The notes under the pieces are model-generated. The model was given only the letters and a program-made list of their open reading frames with translations. It was not told the origin of the DNA and searched no databases. From a virus (Duplodnaviria; Heunggongvirae; Uroviricota; Caudoviricetes), in IMG/VR virus record IMGVR_UViG_3300042524_000214, positions 38,663 through 102,662 of that record: a DNA stretch of 64,000 nucleotides. The stretch is one strand, 5' to 3'. Below, in pieces: positions 26,585 to 34,634 of this stretch (within the stretch, counting starts at the first letter, position 1; each line of letters begins with the position of its first letter). The position numbers were made by a program, and so were the translations under genes.

Positions 26585-26845
26585 ATGTACGGAAATTTAA
26601 GAATTTTTGCAATAATTATGACTTGTGCTTGTCTTCTAGCAGTAGGTTTTACCTTTTTAGAAAAAGTAGAGAGCAAGTACAAATACACAATCCAAACGGA
26701 GAGTGGAACTTATCGAACTAACTCGTATGAAAAAGTTGACGGGAGTTGTATAGAGTTCAGCAATCAATGTGGTTGTGGAGGAAAAAGTAAAGGAAGTAAG
26801 GTTAGAGTTTGTGGAAACTACTCTGTAACAACAAATAAGAGATGA
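26585..26845 (+). CDS. secreted/lipoprotein-like small protein
   Basis: N-terminal hydrophobic signal (IFAIIMTCACLLAVGF), Cys-rich mature part. Confidence 0.4.
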   Translation: MYGNLRIFAIIMTCACLLAVGFTFLEKVESKYKYTIQTESGTYRTNSYEKVDGSCIEFSNQCGCGGKSKGSKVRVCGNYSVTTNKR

Positions 26846-27072
26846 ATTCATTTGGAGTAGGAATGCTAGTAGGTTTTGCATTAGGTTGTTTAGTAATTGG
26901 GTTCTTGTGGGTTAAAACTTTGAAGAAGCAATGAAGTTAATCTATATGGAACAGACATTACAGCTTATAGCCAAGACACAAGGTGTTGAAGTAGCTAAAG
27001 CAATAGAAGAAACGGGGGAGATAAATTATCTAGGAGATACTCCCTATTTAGTAATTAAACAACAAGAGTAAT

Positions 27073-27288
27073 ATGGGTTGGATAATTTATATTTCGGGTT
27101 TTATATTAACTTATTTGATGTGCAAATGGTTAAGAAACAAAGATAATGATAACACTTGGGGGGACGTTGATGCCACAATATTTGCATCAATATTTAGTTG
27201 GGTAGCAATAATTGCTTTTTTGGTTTGTATAGGGGTTATAATTTTAGTAGAAATGGTAAAAGTAAAAAATCCTCCAAAATGGTTGTAG
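27073..27288 (+). CDS. small membrane protein (2 TM)
   Basis: 71 aa, two hydrophobic segments. Confidence 0.4.
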   Translation: MGWIIYISGFILTYLMCKWLRNKDNDNTWGDVDATIFASIFSWVAIIAFLVCIGVIILVEMVKVKNPPKWL

Positions 27289-27313
27289 GATTAAAAAAGA
27301 AGTTGTAACTTTG
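27283..27313 (+). promoter_or_regulatory. sigma-A promoter (-7 TAACTTTG 27306-27313)
   Basis: TTG 27283, 20-nt spacing. Confidence 0.5.
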
Positions 27314-27329
27314 CAAAAAAATAATTAGT

Positions 27330-27818
27330 ATGTCAGAAAAAGTATTAAAGGTATCCGACCTTGTAAAATTCTCGGAGAATGATTACCTAGAAACAAGAAA
27401 GACGTTAAAGGTAATGGACGGTATGGTTCAAGAGTACGTTAGCAGTACAGACAACCTAGACTTCCTAGAGGGATTGAAGAAACGCTTTAATGGGTACTTG
27501 ATTTACCTTGCCGGTTATTACAGCAAAATCAGATGTTTCAGAGAAAACTTTGAGTACCTAGAAGCACAGCGTAAACGTATCAAGAGTGAAGCTATTGAGG
27601 ATTTGATTAAGAACAGCGAAGTAAAGCTAACTCAATCAGCTGCCGAAAAGGTTGTGTACTCACACCCTTACTACATTGAGCGTATCGAGTTATTAGAGCA
27701 GTTAAAAAAGTTCTTCTACCTAGTAGACTTGTCTTACCAAAATTATCAAGATGTTCAAAGAAGTATCTACCAAAGTATATCAGTATTATCAAAAGAAAAG
27801 CAATCAACAATATCATAG
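27330..27818 (+). CDS. hypothetical protein
   Basis: 162-aa ORF. Confidence 0.5.
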   Translation: MSEKVLKVSDLVKFSENDYLETRKTLKVMDGMVQEYVSSTDNLDFLEGLKKRFNGYLIYLAGYYSKIRCFRENFEYLEAQRKRIKSEAIEDLIKNSEVKLTQSAAEKVVYSHPYYIERIELLEQLKKFFYLVDLSYQNYQDVQRSIYQSISVLSKEKQSTIS

Positions 27819-27819
27819 T

Positions 27820-28254
27820 ATGGGAAGCGTAATAGATTTTATAGAGTGTCCACGATGTAAGAGCGAAGATTGTTTCGATGATTACTACTACAAAACCGGA
27901 GAAGAGTATATAAGCTGTCCGGATTGTGGCTATAATAGGTCTTCTTTTATCAAAAGAGATGATGAGGGTAATATGTTTAAAATAGATGAAGATAAAGACT
28001 TTGCTATTGATAACGTAGTTAGAGAAGAAACTCTATTAGAGGAACCTTTCGGGGCGTATCTTATACGATACGAGGATGGTTCGGGTTCGGGGGGAGCAAC
28101 CCCAACAGAAGACGACTACAATACTTTTGTATCAGACATAGTGTCATTAACTAATCAACCCGACCATAAAATGAAAAGGGTAATTGTTAGTAGGTTTGTT
28201 GACGGAGAAATCAAAAAAGAAACAATTTGGGAAACCACTAATAAAGAAAAATAA
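27820..28254 (+). CDS. zinc-ribbon protein
   Basis: ATG at 27820 right after upstream TAG; CPRCKSEDC...CPDCG pairs; Gly/Ser linker. Confidence 0.45.
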   Translation: MGSVIDFIECPRCKSEDCFDDYYYKTGEEYISCPDCGYNRSSFIKRDDEGNMFKIDEDKDFAIDNVVREETLLEEPFGAYLIRYEDGSGSGGATPTEDDYNTFVSDIVSLTNQPDHKMKRVIVSRFVDGEIKKETIWETTNKEK

Positions 28255-28646
28255 TGAAAAAAGTAATTTTATTTTTGATGTTGGTTCTAGTAATCAACAC
28301 AACATTTGCACAAGAGGCACCAGAACAGTTTAGACGAGTTTATTCGGAGGTTGTTTGTGTAAAGAAAAAAACTACACCTATAAGAAGAGAAGCTGAAAAT
28401 ACAGTCTTCTTTAACTATGGTAATGAAGCTGTAATAAAAATATATATGGCAGATGGAACTGTTAGGTATTATGACCAAATTACAGATAGAGAAGAGGGTA
28501 GTACTGACGGGGGAATGGCTTATAGCAGTGCAATCTATAAAGAGAGGGGGAAAACTTTTGAAATATATATTCAGCTATTCGAGGATAGTAAATATGGTTT
28601 TAGGATTATTTTTTCCAATGGCGATATGATACAATTTTTAGAATAA
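28254..28646 (+). CDS. secreted protein (signal peptide)
   Basis: MKKVILFLMLVLVINTTFAQE signal-peptide-like N-terminus. Confidence 0.5.
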   Translation: MKKVILFLMLVLVINTTFAQEAPEQFRRVYSEVVCVKKKTTPIRREAENTVFFNYGNEAVIKIYMADGTVRYYDQITDREEGSTDGGMAYSSAIYKERGKTFEIYIQLFEDSKYGFRIIFSNGDMIQFLE

Positions 28647-28788
28647 TGATTATAGATTATTTTGACGTAGAAACCTATGGTGGTATCCAAGGGGGTATGC
28701 GAGATAGGGAAATTGATAGCAGAGATGTAATCAATGTGGAGAGTAAAAAAAAGTATTTTAGGATTTGGTTTAGAAGAAAAGAGTAGTT

Positions 28789-29109
28789 ATGATAAAAAAA
28801 GTTACGGGTGCAATACTAATGAGGTTAGGCATCAAAAGAGCAGTAGCCCACGCAAACGCAGAGGTTAAAGGTTGGTCAGACTTAGCATATAATTATTTGC
28901 TAGAGTACTCAAGAACACACTCACAATTCATGGTAGAAGATATTAGGGAAGCCTCTAAGGGCATTGTACCTACACCGCCAAGTGGTAGAGCTTGGGGGGG
29001 AGTAGTAGTGAGAGCATCGAGAGCCGGAGTTATAAAAAGTAAAGGTTTGCAAAGAAAGAAGAATGCTGAGGCACATTGTACACCAGCAACTTTGTGGCAA
29101 GTAATTTAA
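28789..29109 (+). CDS. hypothetical protein
   Basis: 106-aa ORF. Confidence 0.4.
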   Translation: MIKKVTGAILMRLGIKRAVAHANAEVKGWSDLAYNYLLEYSRTHSQFMVEDIREASKGIVPTPPSGRAWGGVVVRASRAGVIKSKGLQRKKNAEAHCTPATLWQVI

Positions 29110-29115
29110 AACACA

Positions 29116-29289
29116 ATGGAAGAATTATCAGTAAGATTAGAAAATTCCTTAAAACAGTTTAGTTTTACTTTAGAAGAAGCTATAAATACAGAACCAAGAG
29201 TTCTTAAAAAAATAGGTTTTGGAAATAGGAGTATAATTGAATTAGAAAAAATAAAAGAAAAGTTTGCACAAGTCCAAAACATTTTGTAA
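29116..29289 (+). CDS. small helix-hairpin-helix protein resembling the RNA polymerase alpha-subunit C-terminal domain (57 aa)
   Basis: Not in ORF track. ELSVRLENSLKQFSFTLEEAINTEPRVLKKIGFGNRSIIELEKIKEK parallels RpoA alphaCTD ELSVRSANCLK...IGDL...ELLKTPNLGKKSLTEIK. Confidence 0.35.
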   Translation: MEELSVRLENSLKQFSFTLEEAINTEPRVLKKIGFGNRSIIELEKIKEKFAQVQNIL

Positions 29290-29294
29290 TTTTG
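29263..29294 (+). promoter_or_regulatory. sigma-A promoter (-33 TTTG 29263, -7 TAATTTTG 29287-29294)
   Basis: consensus, 20-nt spacing; embedded in the 3' end of the small HhH gene. Confidence 0.5.
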
Positions 29295-29319
29295 CACAGA
29301 ATTTAAAAACAAATAGAAT

Positions 29320-30396
29320 ATGAAGTTATTAAGAGATATTCCTACAAGACATTTTGTAGCGATTGACATTGAAACAGTGAGAATTGTTGAGAAGTATGAA
29401 GACTTATCCGATGAGTGGAAGTCAGCGTGGGAGTACAAGAATAAACAATCCGGAGAAGTTCCATTCTTCGAGGAGTTATCAGACTCTTGGGAAAAAACAG
29501 CATCGTTGTATGCAGAGTTCAGTAAGATTTGTGCTGTCAGCATCACGTTCTTATCTAAAGGAGAAGACAAGTTACTTTGTAAAGAGTTCTTTGGACAGCA
29601 AGAGGGTGTATTGTTATCTCAATTAGGAGACTTCTTAAACCAAATCTCAGGCAGTAGCAAAGATTTCAGATTGGTCGGGCATGCAGCTAAGTATTTTGAT
29701 TACCCTTTCTTATGCAAGAGGTACATCATTAACAACCTAGCAATACCAACAATACTTGACACAGCTCACTTGAAGCCTTGGGAGAGTAGAAACCTTTGTA
29801 CGAATGCAGACATTTGGAAAATGGGTGGCACGGGTGCCGGTAGTTCTCTTCAAGCATTGTGTACAGCTCTAGGTATTCCAATTTCTAAAGTTGATTTAGT
29901 TGGAGATGAGGTTGGGAATGCGTATTACAGAGGAGAAGTAGAGAGAATTGCTCACTATTGCTCACTTGACACTATTGCTACATTCAACGTAATTCGTAGA
30001 ATTAAGGGAGAGAAAATCTTTCAGTTTGATGAGGTATCTTACTTAGACAGAAAAGAGAAATCTAATGTAGCCAAGCCAGTAGAAAAGAAAGAGGCTGTTG
30101 CTAAAAAAACAGCACCGGCTAAAAAACAAGTTGCTGAGAAAAAAGAGCCGGAAGATGTGTTGTTTGAGAAATTACCAATACTTCACAGAATTTTGAATGC
30201 TACGGAGATACTTCCGGAAACAAGACAAGAGTTAGAAGCTTTGTTAAAGAAGAAAAAGCTAACCAAGAAAGACCGAGTTATTGTAGAGGACATATTAGTT
30301 AATCTATACATTAACAGCGAGATGTTCAAGTCTGATAAACCGGAGTTGAAAGAGAGTAAAAAAGCCGAGATTAAAGAAATTTTAGATAGCATATAA
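29320..30396 (+). CDS. DEDDh 3'-5' exonuclease (DnaQ-like) with Lys-rich C-terminal tail
   Basis: Exo I VAIDIETV, Exo II LVGHAAKYFDYPFL, Exo III HYCSLD (H-x4-D); KPVEKKEAVAKKTAPAKKQVAEKK tail. Confidence 0.7.
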   Translation: MKLLRDIPTRHFVAIDIETVRIVEKYEDLSDEWKSAWEYKNKQSGEVPFFEELSDSWEKTASLYAEFSKICAVSITFLSKGEDKLLCKEFFGQQEGVLLSQLGDFLNQISGSSKDFRLVGHAAKYFDYPFLCKRYIINNLAIPTILDTAHLKPWESRNLCTNADIWKMGGTGAGSSLQALCTALGIPISKVDLVGDEVGNAYYRGEVERIAHYCSLDTIATFNVIRRIKGEKIFQFDEVSYLDRKEKSNVAKPVEKKEAVAKKTAPAKKQVAEKKEPEDVLFEKLPILHRILNATEILPETRQELEALLKKKKLTKKDRVIVEDILVNLYINSEMFKSDKPELKESKKAEIKEILDSI

Positions 30397-31085
30397 TGAC
30401 AAAAGCAAAAATGTTAGACTTACCAAAAGTCTATGAGAATGAGGGTGGTAATTACCCTCAACACGTTGGGAAACCAAAACTATCTTATTCGGCTTACAAT
30501 TCTTTCTGTGAGGAAAGTTATAGAGGGGAGTTCTTTGCTAACTACTTCTTAGGTAAGAGAAGTGAGGGTAACATCTTCACAGAGTACGGAAGTAAGTGTG
30601 GGGAGTATTTAGAGAAGCTAGAGAAGTCAGATTTATCAGAGTTCGACTTATCAGTGCTAGAGAAAATTGAACGCCCCGAACATGCTCGTTATGAAGTAGA
30701 GGTTGTAGTTGATAGAGGTTCTTATGTTATCCAAGGGTTTATTGACCAAGAGTTCACAGTTTCCGATGGCTTAGTCATCAAGGATTTAAAAACCGGAGCG
30801 ATTGACAAAAAAGCCAAGGACTATGCCGGAGAAGAGTACCAACAAACTACTCTATACGCTCATCAAAGAACCTTAGAGGGGGAGAATGTAGTTTATTCCG
30901 GAGTTATGCTTTTAGACCGCAAAGGAAATGGTCAAGAGAAGTATCCTTTAAGATTAACCGGAGAGATTGCAGACATTCCTACACCTTATTCTACAGAGAG
31001 AGCAGAAGAGTTCTTAAAGAAGTTTGACAAGGTAGCAATGCAGATTGAAGAATATCACAAAGTTTACAAAAAATATTTCGCATAA
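30396..31085 (+). CDS. PD-(D/E)XK nuclease (RecB/Cas4-like fold)
   Basis: GFIDQEF...VIKDLKTG (D...E-x-K) and QQTTLY (QxxxY) motifs. Confidence 0.6.
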   Translation: MTKAKMLDLPKVYENEGGNYPQHVGKPKLSYSAYNSFCEESYRGEFFANYFLGKRSEGNIFTEYGSKCGEYLEKLEKSDLSEFDLSVLEKIERPEHARYEVEVVVDRGSYVIQGFIDQEFTVSDGLVIKDLKTGAIDKKAKDYAGEEYQQTTLYAHQRTLEGENVVYSGVMLLDRKGNGQEKYPLRLTGEIADIPTPYSTERAEEFLKKFDKVAMQIEEYHKVYKKYFA

Positions 31086-31088
31086 AGC

Positions 31089-31119
31089 TTGCGAGATTAA
31101 AAAAGAGTTTGTATCTTTG
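31089..31119 (+). promoter_or_regulatory. sigma-A promoter (-33 TTG 31089, -7 TATCTTTG 31112-31119)
   Basis: consensus; shares AAAAAGCTTGCGAGATTAAAAAAG upstream module with promoters at 47903 and 51755. Confidence 0.5.
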
Positions 31120-31381
31120 CAGAAGAAATAATAACACATAGAAAGACAACATAAGATAGTAGGAGGAGCAAATCAAATTCAGTGATATTTACAGTCTGGA
31201 TGCTACTATAATACAACAAGAAGTATTATGTTTGTTGAGTATGAGAAAACCGGTCACGGGGTTTTATAGAGTGCCTAGAAAGTTCCTTTTAGCGGAGGAC
31301 ATACATTCGGACTTGGAGTGTAGAAACGTCCAAGAGAAATTTCTCCCAATCTTGATGGATGTGTTATTTTTTTAAAAAAAG

Positions 31382-31413
31382 TTTGCAGGATTAAAATAAA
31401 GGTTGTACCTTTG
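31382..31413 (+). promoter_or_regulatory. sigma-A promoter (-33 TTTG 31382, -7 TACCTTTG 31406-31413)
   Basis: consensus, 20-nt spacing. Confidence 0.55.
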
Positions 31414-31432
31414 CAAAACAAAATTAGAAAGT

Positions 31433-31594
31433 ATGATAAATAAAGTAGCAGGAGTAATTCTCCTAGTTTTCGGATGGGTATTCGGAACATTTTGGATTTT
31501 TAACCACATCAATGCTTGGGCTGGAATTGCAGTTGGTGTGTTAGGACTAATAATTTCAGCAAACCAAATTAATAAAAAAATCAAAACAAATTAA
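31433..31594 (+). CDS. small 2-TM membrane protein (possible NfeD-like partner of SPFH protein)
   Basis: ORF track 31403 overlaps the promoter; ATG at 31433 gives 53 aa, MINKVAGVILLVFGWVFGTFWIF...GIAVGVLGLIISA. Confidence 0.4.
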   Translation: MINKVAGVILLVFGWVFGTFWIFNHINAWAGIAVGVLGLIISANQINKKIKTN

Positions 31595-31597
31595 AAA

Positions 31598-32410
31598 ATG
31601 AAGAAATTTTCAGGGTTATTTTTAGTGTTAGTATTCGCAGTGTTTATGACATCATGTGAAAGAGTTGCTCCAAACTATTATGGAGTATTAATGGAAAATT
31701 ATGGTAAGAATGGGAAAGATGACTATACCAAACAACAAGGTAGAGTAACCACATTATCACCGGGGACAGAGTTATTTCAAGTACCGGCTTGGGAGCAAAG
31801 AGGTCAATTTACCGATGATGAGGGGCAAGACAGAGTATTGCAAGTAAAAGCAGCTGATAACACAGCATTTACGTCAAAACCTTTATATTCATACAAAGTA
31901 ATGGAAAACCGAGTTGTAGATGTAGTCTTTCAAAATTCAAGATTAGGTTCGGGAGATGATTTTATGACAGCTTTACAAGATAATGTATTAGAGCCAAGAA
32001 TTTACGATATTATTAAAGAGGCTTCAAGAAGTTATACAACAGAACAATTAATGGCAAACGGAGGTTCGCTGAAGTTTGAGCAATACGTTCAAGATATAGT
32101 TACGAAAGAGTTTGAAAAGTCAGGATTACAATTAGTGAGTTTCAGTTTAAATCTAGATTTCTCTAGCAAAGTAAAAGCTAAGATTGATAGTCGTAATGAA
32201 GTTAACACAAATATATCTGTATTAGACCAAGAGATTGCCGAACAAAAGAAGAAAAACGAATTAGAGGTATTAAAAGCTGAGCAAAACAAAATTAGAAGTG
32301 CCGGTATTACTCCTCAGTTGTTACAAGAGCAAGCAATACGTAAATGGAATGGTCAATTACCAACAACAGTTTCAGGTGGTACTATCCCCTTTGTTAAGAC
32401 AGTAAACTAA
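31598..32410 (+). CDS. SPFH/band-7 domain lipoprotein
   Basis: Lipobox-like LVFAVFMTSC; body resembles stomatin/HflK-type SPFH domain followed by a charged coiled coil (VLDQEIAEQKKKNELEVLKAEQNKIRS). Confidence 0.5.
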   Translation: MKKFSGLFLVLVFAVFMTSCERVAPNYYGVLMENYGKNGKDDYTKQQGRVTTLSPGTELFQVPAWEQRGQFTDDEGQDRVLQVKAADNTAFTSKPLYSYKVMENRVVDVVFQNSRLGSGDDFMTALQDNVLEPRIYDIIKEASRSYTTEQLMANGGSLKFEQYVQDIVTKEFEKSGLQLVSFSLNLDFSSKVKAKIDSRNEVNTNISVLDQEIAEQKKKNELEVLKAEQNKIRSAGITPQLLQEQAIRKWNGQLPTTVSGGTIPFVKTVN

Positions 32411-32790
32411 CCTTTCATAGTCGAATTGTGAGTTTAAAACTGACTAGAGTGATACAAAACATAACCTGTACCCCCGAAAAACTCGTATTAGCAACCACGA
32501 AAGTGTAGTCCCCTGATAGTATCAGTGGTAGTTGTAAGATAAGCAGGTTATCCCGATATAAAGGGGTAGTAGAATAGGGGAAATGTGGTCTTACATCCAC
32601 TTGAAACTTGTAAGATTGGTCTCTGATGTTAGGGAACGCTTGTGAGTGGCAGGGAATAAGAACTCTCATTTATAGTAGAAACAACATCTCCCCAGTTTCT
32701 TGTGGTGTGCACACCGAGGATTTATAAGGAGGTTGAGACCGAGTGACGTTAGCCTTTTGTAACTCGGCAATAAACAGAAAAAGGCAACTT

Positions 32791-32864
32791 GGTTCGGTAG
32801 CTCAGTTGGATAGAGCAACAGATTTCTAATCTGTAGGTCGTAGGTTCGAGCCCTACCCGAATCA
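32791..32864 (+). tRNA. tRNA-Arg (anticodon TCT)
   Basis: Acceptor GGTTCGG/CCGAATC, D-arm GCTC-AGTTGGATA-GAGC, anticodon arm ACAGA-TTTCTAA-TCTGT, T-arm GTAGG-TTCGAGC-CCTAC; 74 nt, no encoded CCA. Confidence 0.9.
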
Positions 32865-32990
32865 CGATTGTTGGAACCTCTCGTATGAAAGAAGAACGCT
32901 AACCCAATGTTCCTGTCGGGTTAGACCTAGCATCAAGGACTTGGCAAGTTTTCGGTAGCCGAGCAGATGTAACCGATGACACTGGGAAAG

Positions 32991-33074
32991 ACTAGAATAT
33001 TGCGGAGTAGTCAGTAGATGGAAGCTTGTGAGGCTCATAACCTCATGTCGAAAGACCCCGTTGGTTCGAGTCCA
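32991..33074 (+). ncRNA. tRNA-like element with CAU anticodon arm and long variable arm; possible pseudo-tRNA
   Basis: Anticodon arm TGAGG-CTCATAA-CCTCA; variable hairpin GTC-GAAA-GAC; T-arm GTTGG-TTCGAGT-CCAAC; acceptor TGCGGAG/CTCCGCT with a T1-T72 mismatch. No canonical D-arm found. Confidence 0.35.
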
Positions 33075-33106
33075 ACCTCCGCTACGAAATAGTTTGTTGA
33101 TGTGTT

Positions 33107-33142
33107 AGTGAATTTTGTTTGGACGGGGGTTCGACTCCCCCC
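33107..33142 (+). ncRNA. tmRNA-like T-arm plus 3' acceptor strand (candidate acceptor piece of a permuted tmRNA)
   Basis: GTTTGGACGGGGGTTCGACTCCCCCCACCTCCA-CAA closely resembles tmRNA 3' ends (B. subtilis GTTTGGACGCGGGTTCGACTCCCGCCGTCTCCACCA). Confidence 0.45.
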
Positions 33143-33241
33143 ACCTCCACAAGAGTTTCCTTGAACTATAAACAAGGTGGTGGAGTCGCTGATTATCAGA
33201 TGACCTAGGCTTTATCGGTTGTGCCTCGAACAACTGAACAT

Positions 33242-33385
33242 GGGGGTGCTTGGTTTTGACAGCAATTTAGTAGGTAGCAAGGAGAACGAATTTCAAAAAT
33301 AAACGACAACGTTTACCAACTTGGTGGCGTACAGCTTAGAGCTGTAGCGTAATCACGCTCTAGGGGGAGCGAAATCCCCCTAAAT
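33242..33385 (+). ncRNA. candidate tmRNA coding piece
   Basis: 5' acceptor strand GGGGGTG pairs with the upstream CACCTCC giving a G3-U70 pair. D-loop analogue GGTTTTGAC (tmRNA consensus GGATTCGAC). Short stop-terminated frame ...NDNVYQLGGVQLRAVA-TAA at 33278-33352. Confidence 0.35.
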
Positions 33386-33459
33386 GTCCTAGTAGCTCAG
33401 TTGGTTAGAGCAGCTGACTCATAATCAGCAGGTCACAGGTTCGAGCCCTGTCTAGGACA
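33386..33459 (+). tRNA. tRNA-Met (anticodon CAT; could be elongator Met or Ile-lysidine)
   Basis: Acceptor GTCCTAG/CTAGGAC, D-arm GCTC-AGTTGGTTA-GAGC, anticodon arm GCTGA-CTCATAA-TCAGC, T-arm ACAGG-TTCGAGC-CCTGT; 74 nt. Confidence 0.9.
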
Positions 33460-33714
33460 CTTAGCAAGGCATAAACGATAAGGAAAAGCTGTCACAGGTT
33501 TATGTTAAGTTGCAGACAGACCGAAATGCTTACGGTTAACGGGGCTAACTCATATAGTCCAGAGAGCAAAATCTAACGAGTGACTGATGGAAAGACATCA
33601 ACATGGAAAGAGTAGTAGTTGAGGTCGCTCCAAAAGCTACGAGTGGGATTAACGATGACTTAGTATTACTGCCCGATATTCTAGATAAGGCTTGGTAAGT
33701 GATTAAGTATGTAG

Positions 33715-33750
33715 TTAACACCGGGGGTTCGATTCCTCCCTCTTTTACAA
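33715..33750 (+). ncRNA. isolated tRNA-like T-arm plus 3' acceptor strand (3' fragment or 3' half of a split/intron-containing tRNA)
   Basis: GGGGG-TTCGATT-CCTCC followed by CTCTTTT-A; a complementary 5' strand GAAAGAG lies at 33606-33612, but no canonical cloverleaf in between. Confidence 0.3.
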
Positions 33751-33760
33751 ATTAGTTAGT

Positions 33761-34345
33761 ATGAAAAAATTAGAATTAAAAGTTCTTCTGAAAGAACAAG
33801 AGGAGAGTCTACAAGAGTTAGAATATGGTTATACCAAACTAGAAGAGTATATAGCTATAAGAAAACAAATTGGAGAGTTGCAAGACAAAGGTAGAGCTAT
33901 TGAGAGAAAGTGGTATGATGAAAACCAAGAATCTGCTAGAAGTTGTAGAGCCGAAATACGTGAGTATAAGGAACTGATTGACTACAAAGGACATCTTAAC
34001 CCTAAGAACTACTGCCAGGCTGTCCAAGACTGCTACAATGCTTATTTTAGAGGTACTACTTCTTATCGTTGGAGACAACTTGTTTGGGTTTCAGATGACC
34101 AAAGATATTGTGTCTTAAAAATGCCTTCACATAGTGAGTACACAGATAGAATGTCCGGTGTTGTATCTAGTCCCTCAGAGTGGGTATTAGTGGAATGTTC
34201 TATTTTTAAGAACGATAGAAATGTACTAGTATACCACAATACTCCCGGAGTATTGCTAAAAAGAGATGGTGGAAGATGGAGTAAAAGATTTGAACAAGAA
34301 ATTTTAGAAATAATTAACAAGCACGAAAATGAACGACCTATTTAA
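33761..34345 (+). CDS. hypothetical protein
   Basis: 194 aa; junction ACAAATTAGTTAGTATG at start. Confidence 0.5.
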   Translation: MKKLELKVLLKEQEESLQELEYGYTKLEEYIAIRKQIGELQDKGRAIERKWYDENQESARSCRAEIREYKELIDYKGHLNPKNYCQAVQDCYNAYFRGTTSYRWRQLVWVSDDQRYCVLKMPSHSEYTDRMSGVVSSPSEWVLVECSIFKNDRNVLVYHNTPGVLLKRDGGRWSKRFEQEILEIINKHENERPI

Positions 34346-34634
34346 AAAAGCCAAAACAGATAGATTTCAATTAGATGAAAACTATTTCCTAGAGTCAGAT
34401 GGATACCATGGGCTAACCTTAGTTTTTGAAGAAACTAGGATGAAAAAGAAAAAAGACGGTAGTGGGGAAGAGGAGTTCCTTTACACAGATAAGTGGTATT
34501 ACCCTAGAATATCTATGGTTTTACACAAGTACCTAGAGTTAAGAACAAAAGATACTAAATCTGTAGAAGAGTTGAGAGAGGTTGTTTTAAGAATAGAAAC
34601 TAAAATTGATTCGATTAAAGAGTTATGGCGATAA
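34329..34634 (+). CDS. hypothetical protein
   Basis: 101-aa ORF. Confidence 0.45.
   Translation: MNDLFKKAKTDRFQLDENYFLESDGYHGLTLVFEETRMKKKKDGSGEEEFLYTDKWYYPRISMVLHKYLELRTKDTKSVEELREVVLRIETKIDSIKELWR

Noticed and set aside
33107-33142. Reading the tmRNA-like 3' fragment as an attP core for integration into host ssrA
   Set aside because: No integrase or recombinase in the 64-kb window, and the genome looks virulent (own RNR, ThyX, PolA, helicase). A matching 5' acceptor strand with a G3-U70 pair and a D-loop analogue lies just downstream, which favours a functional permuted tmRNA. attP cannot be excluded without the host sequence.
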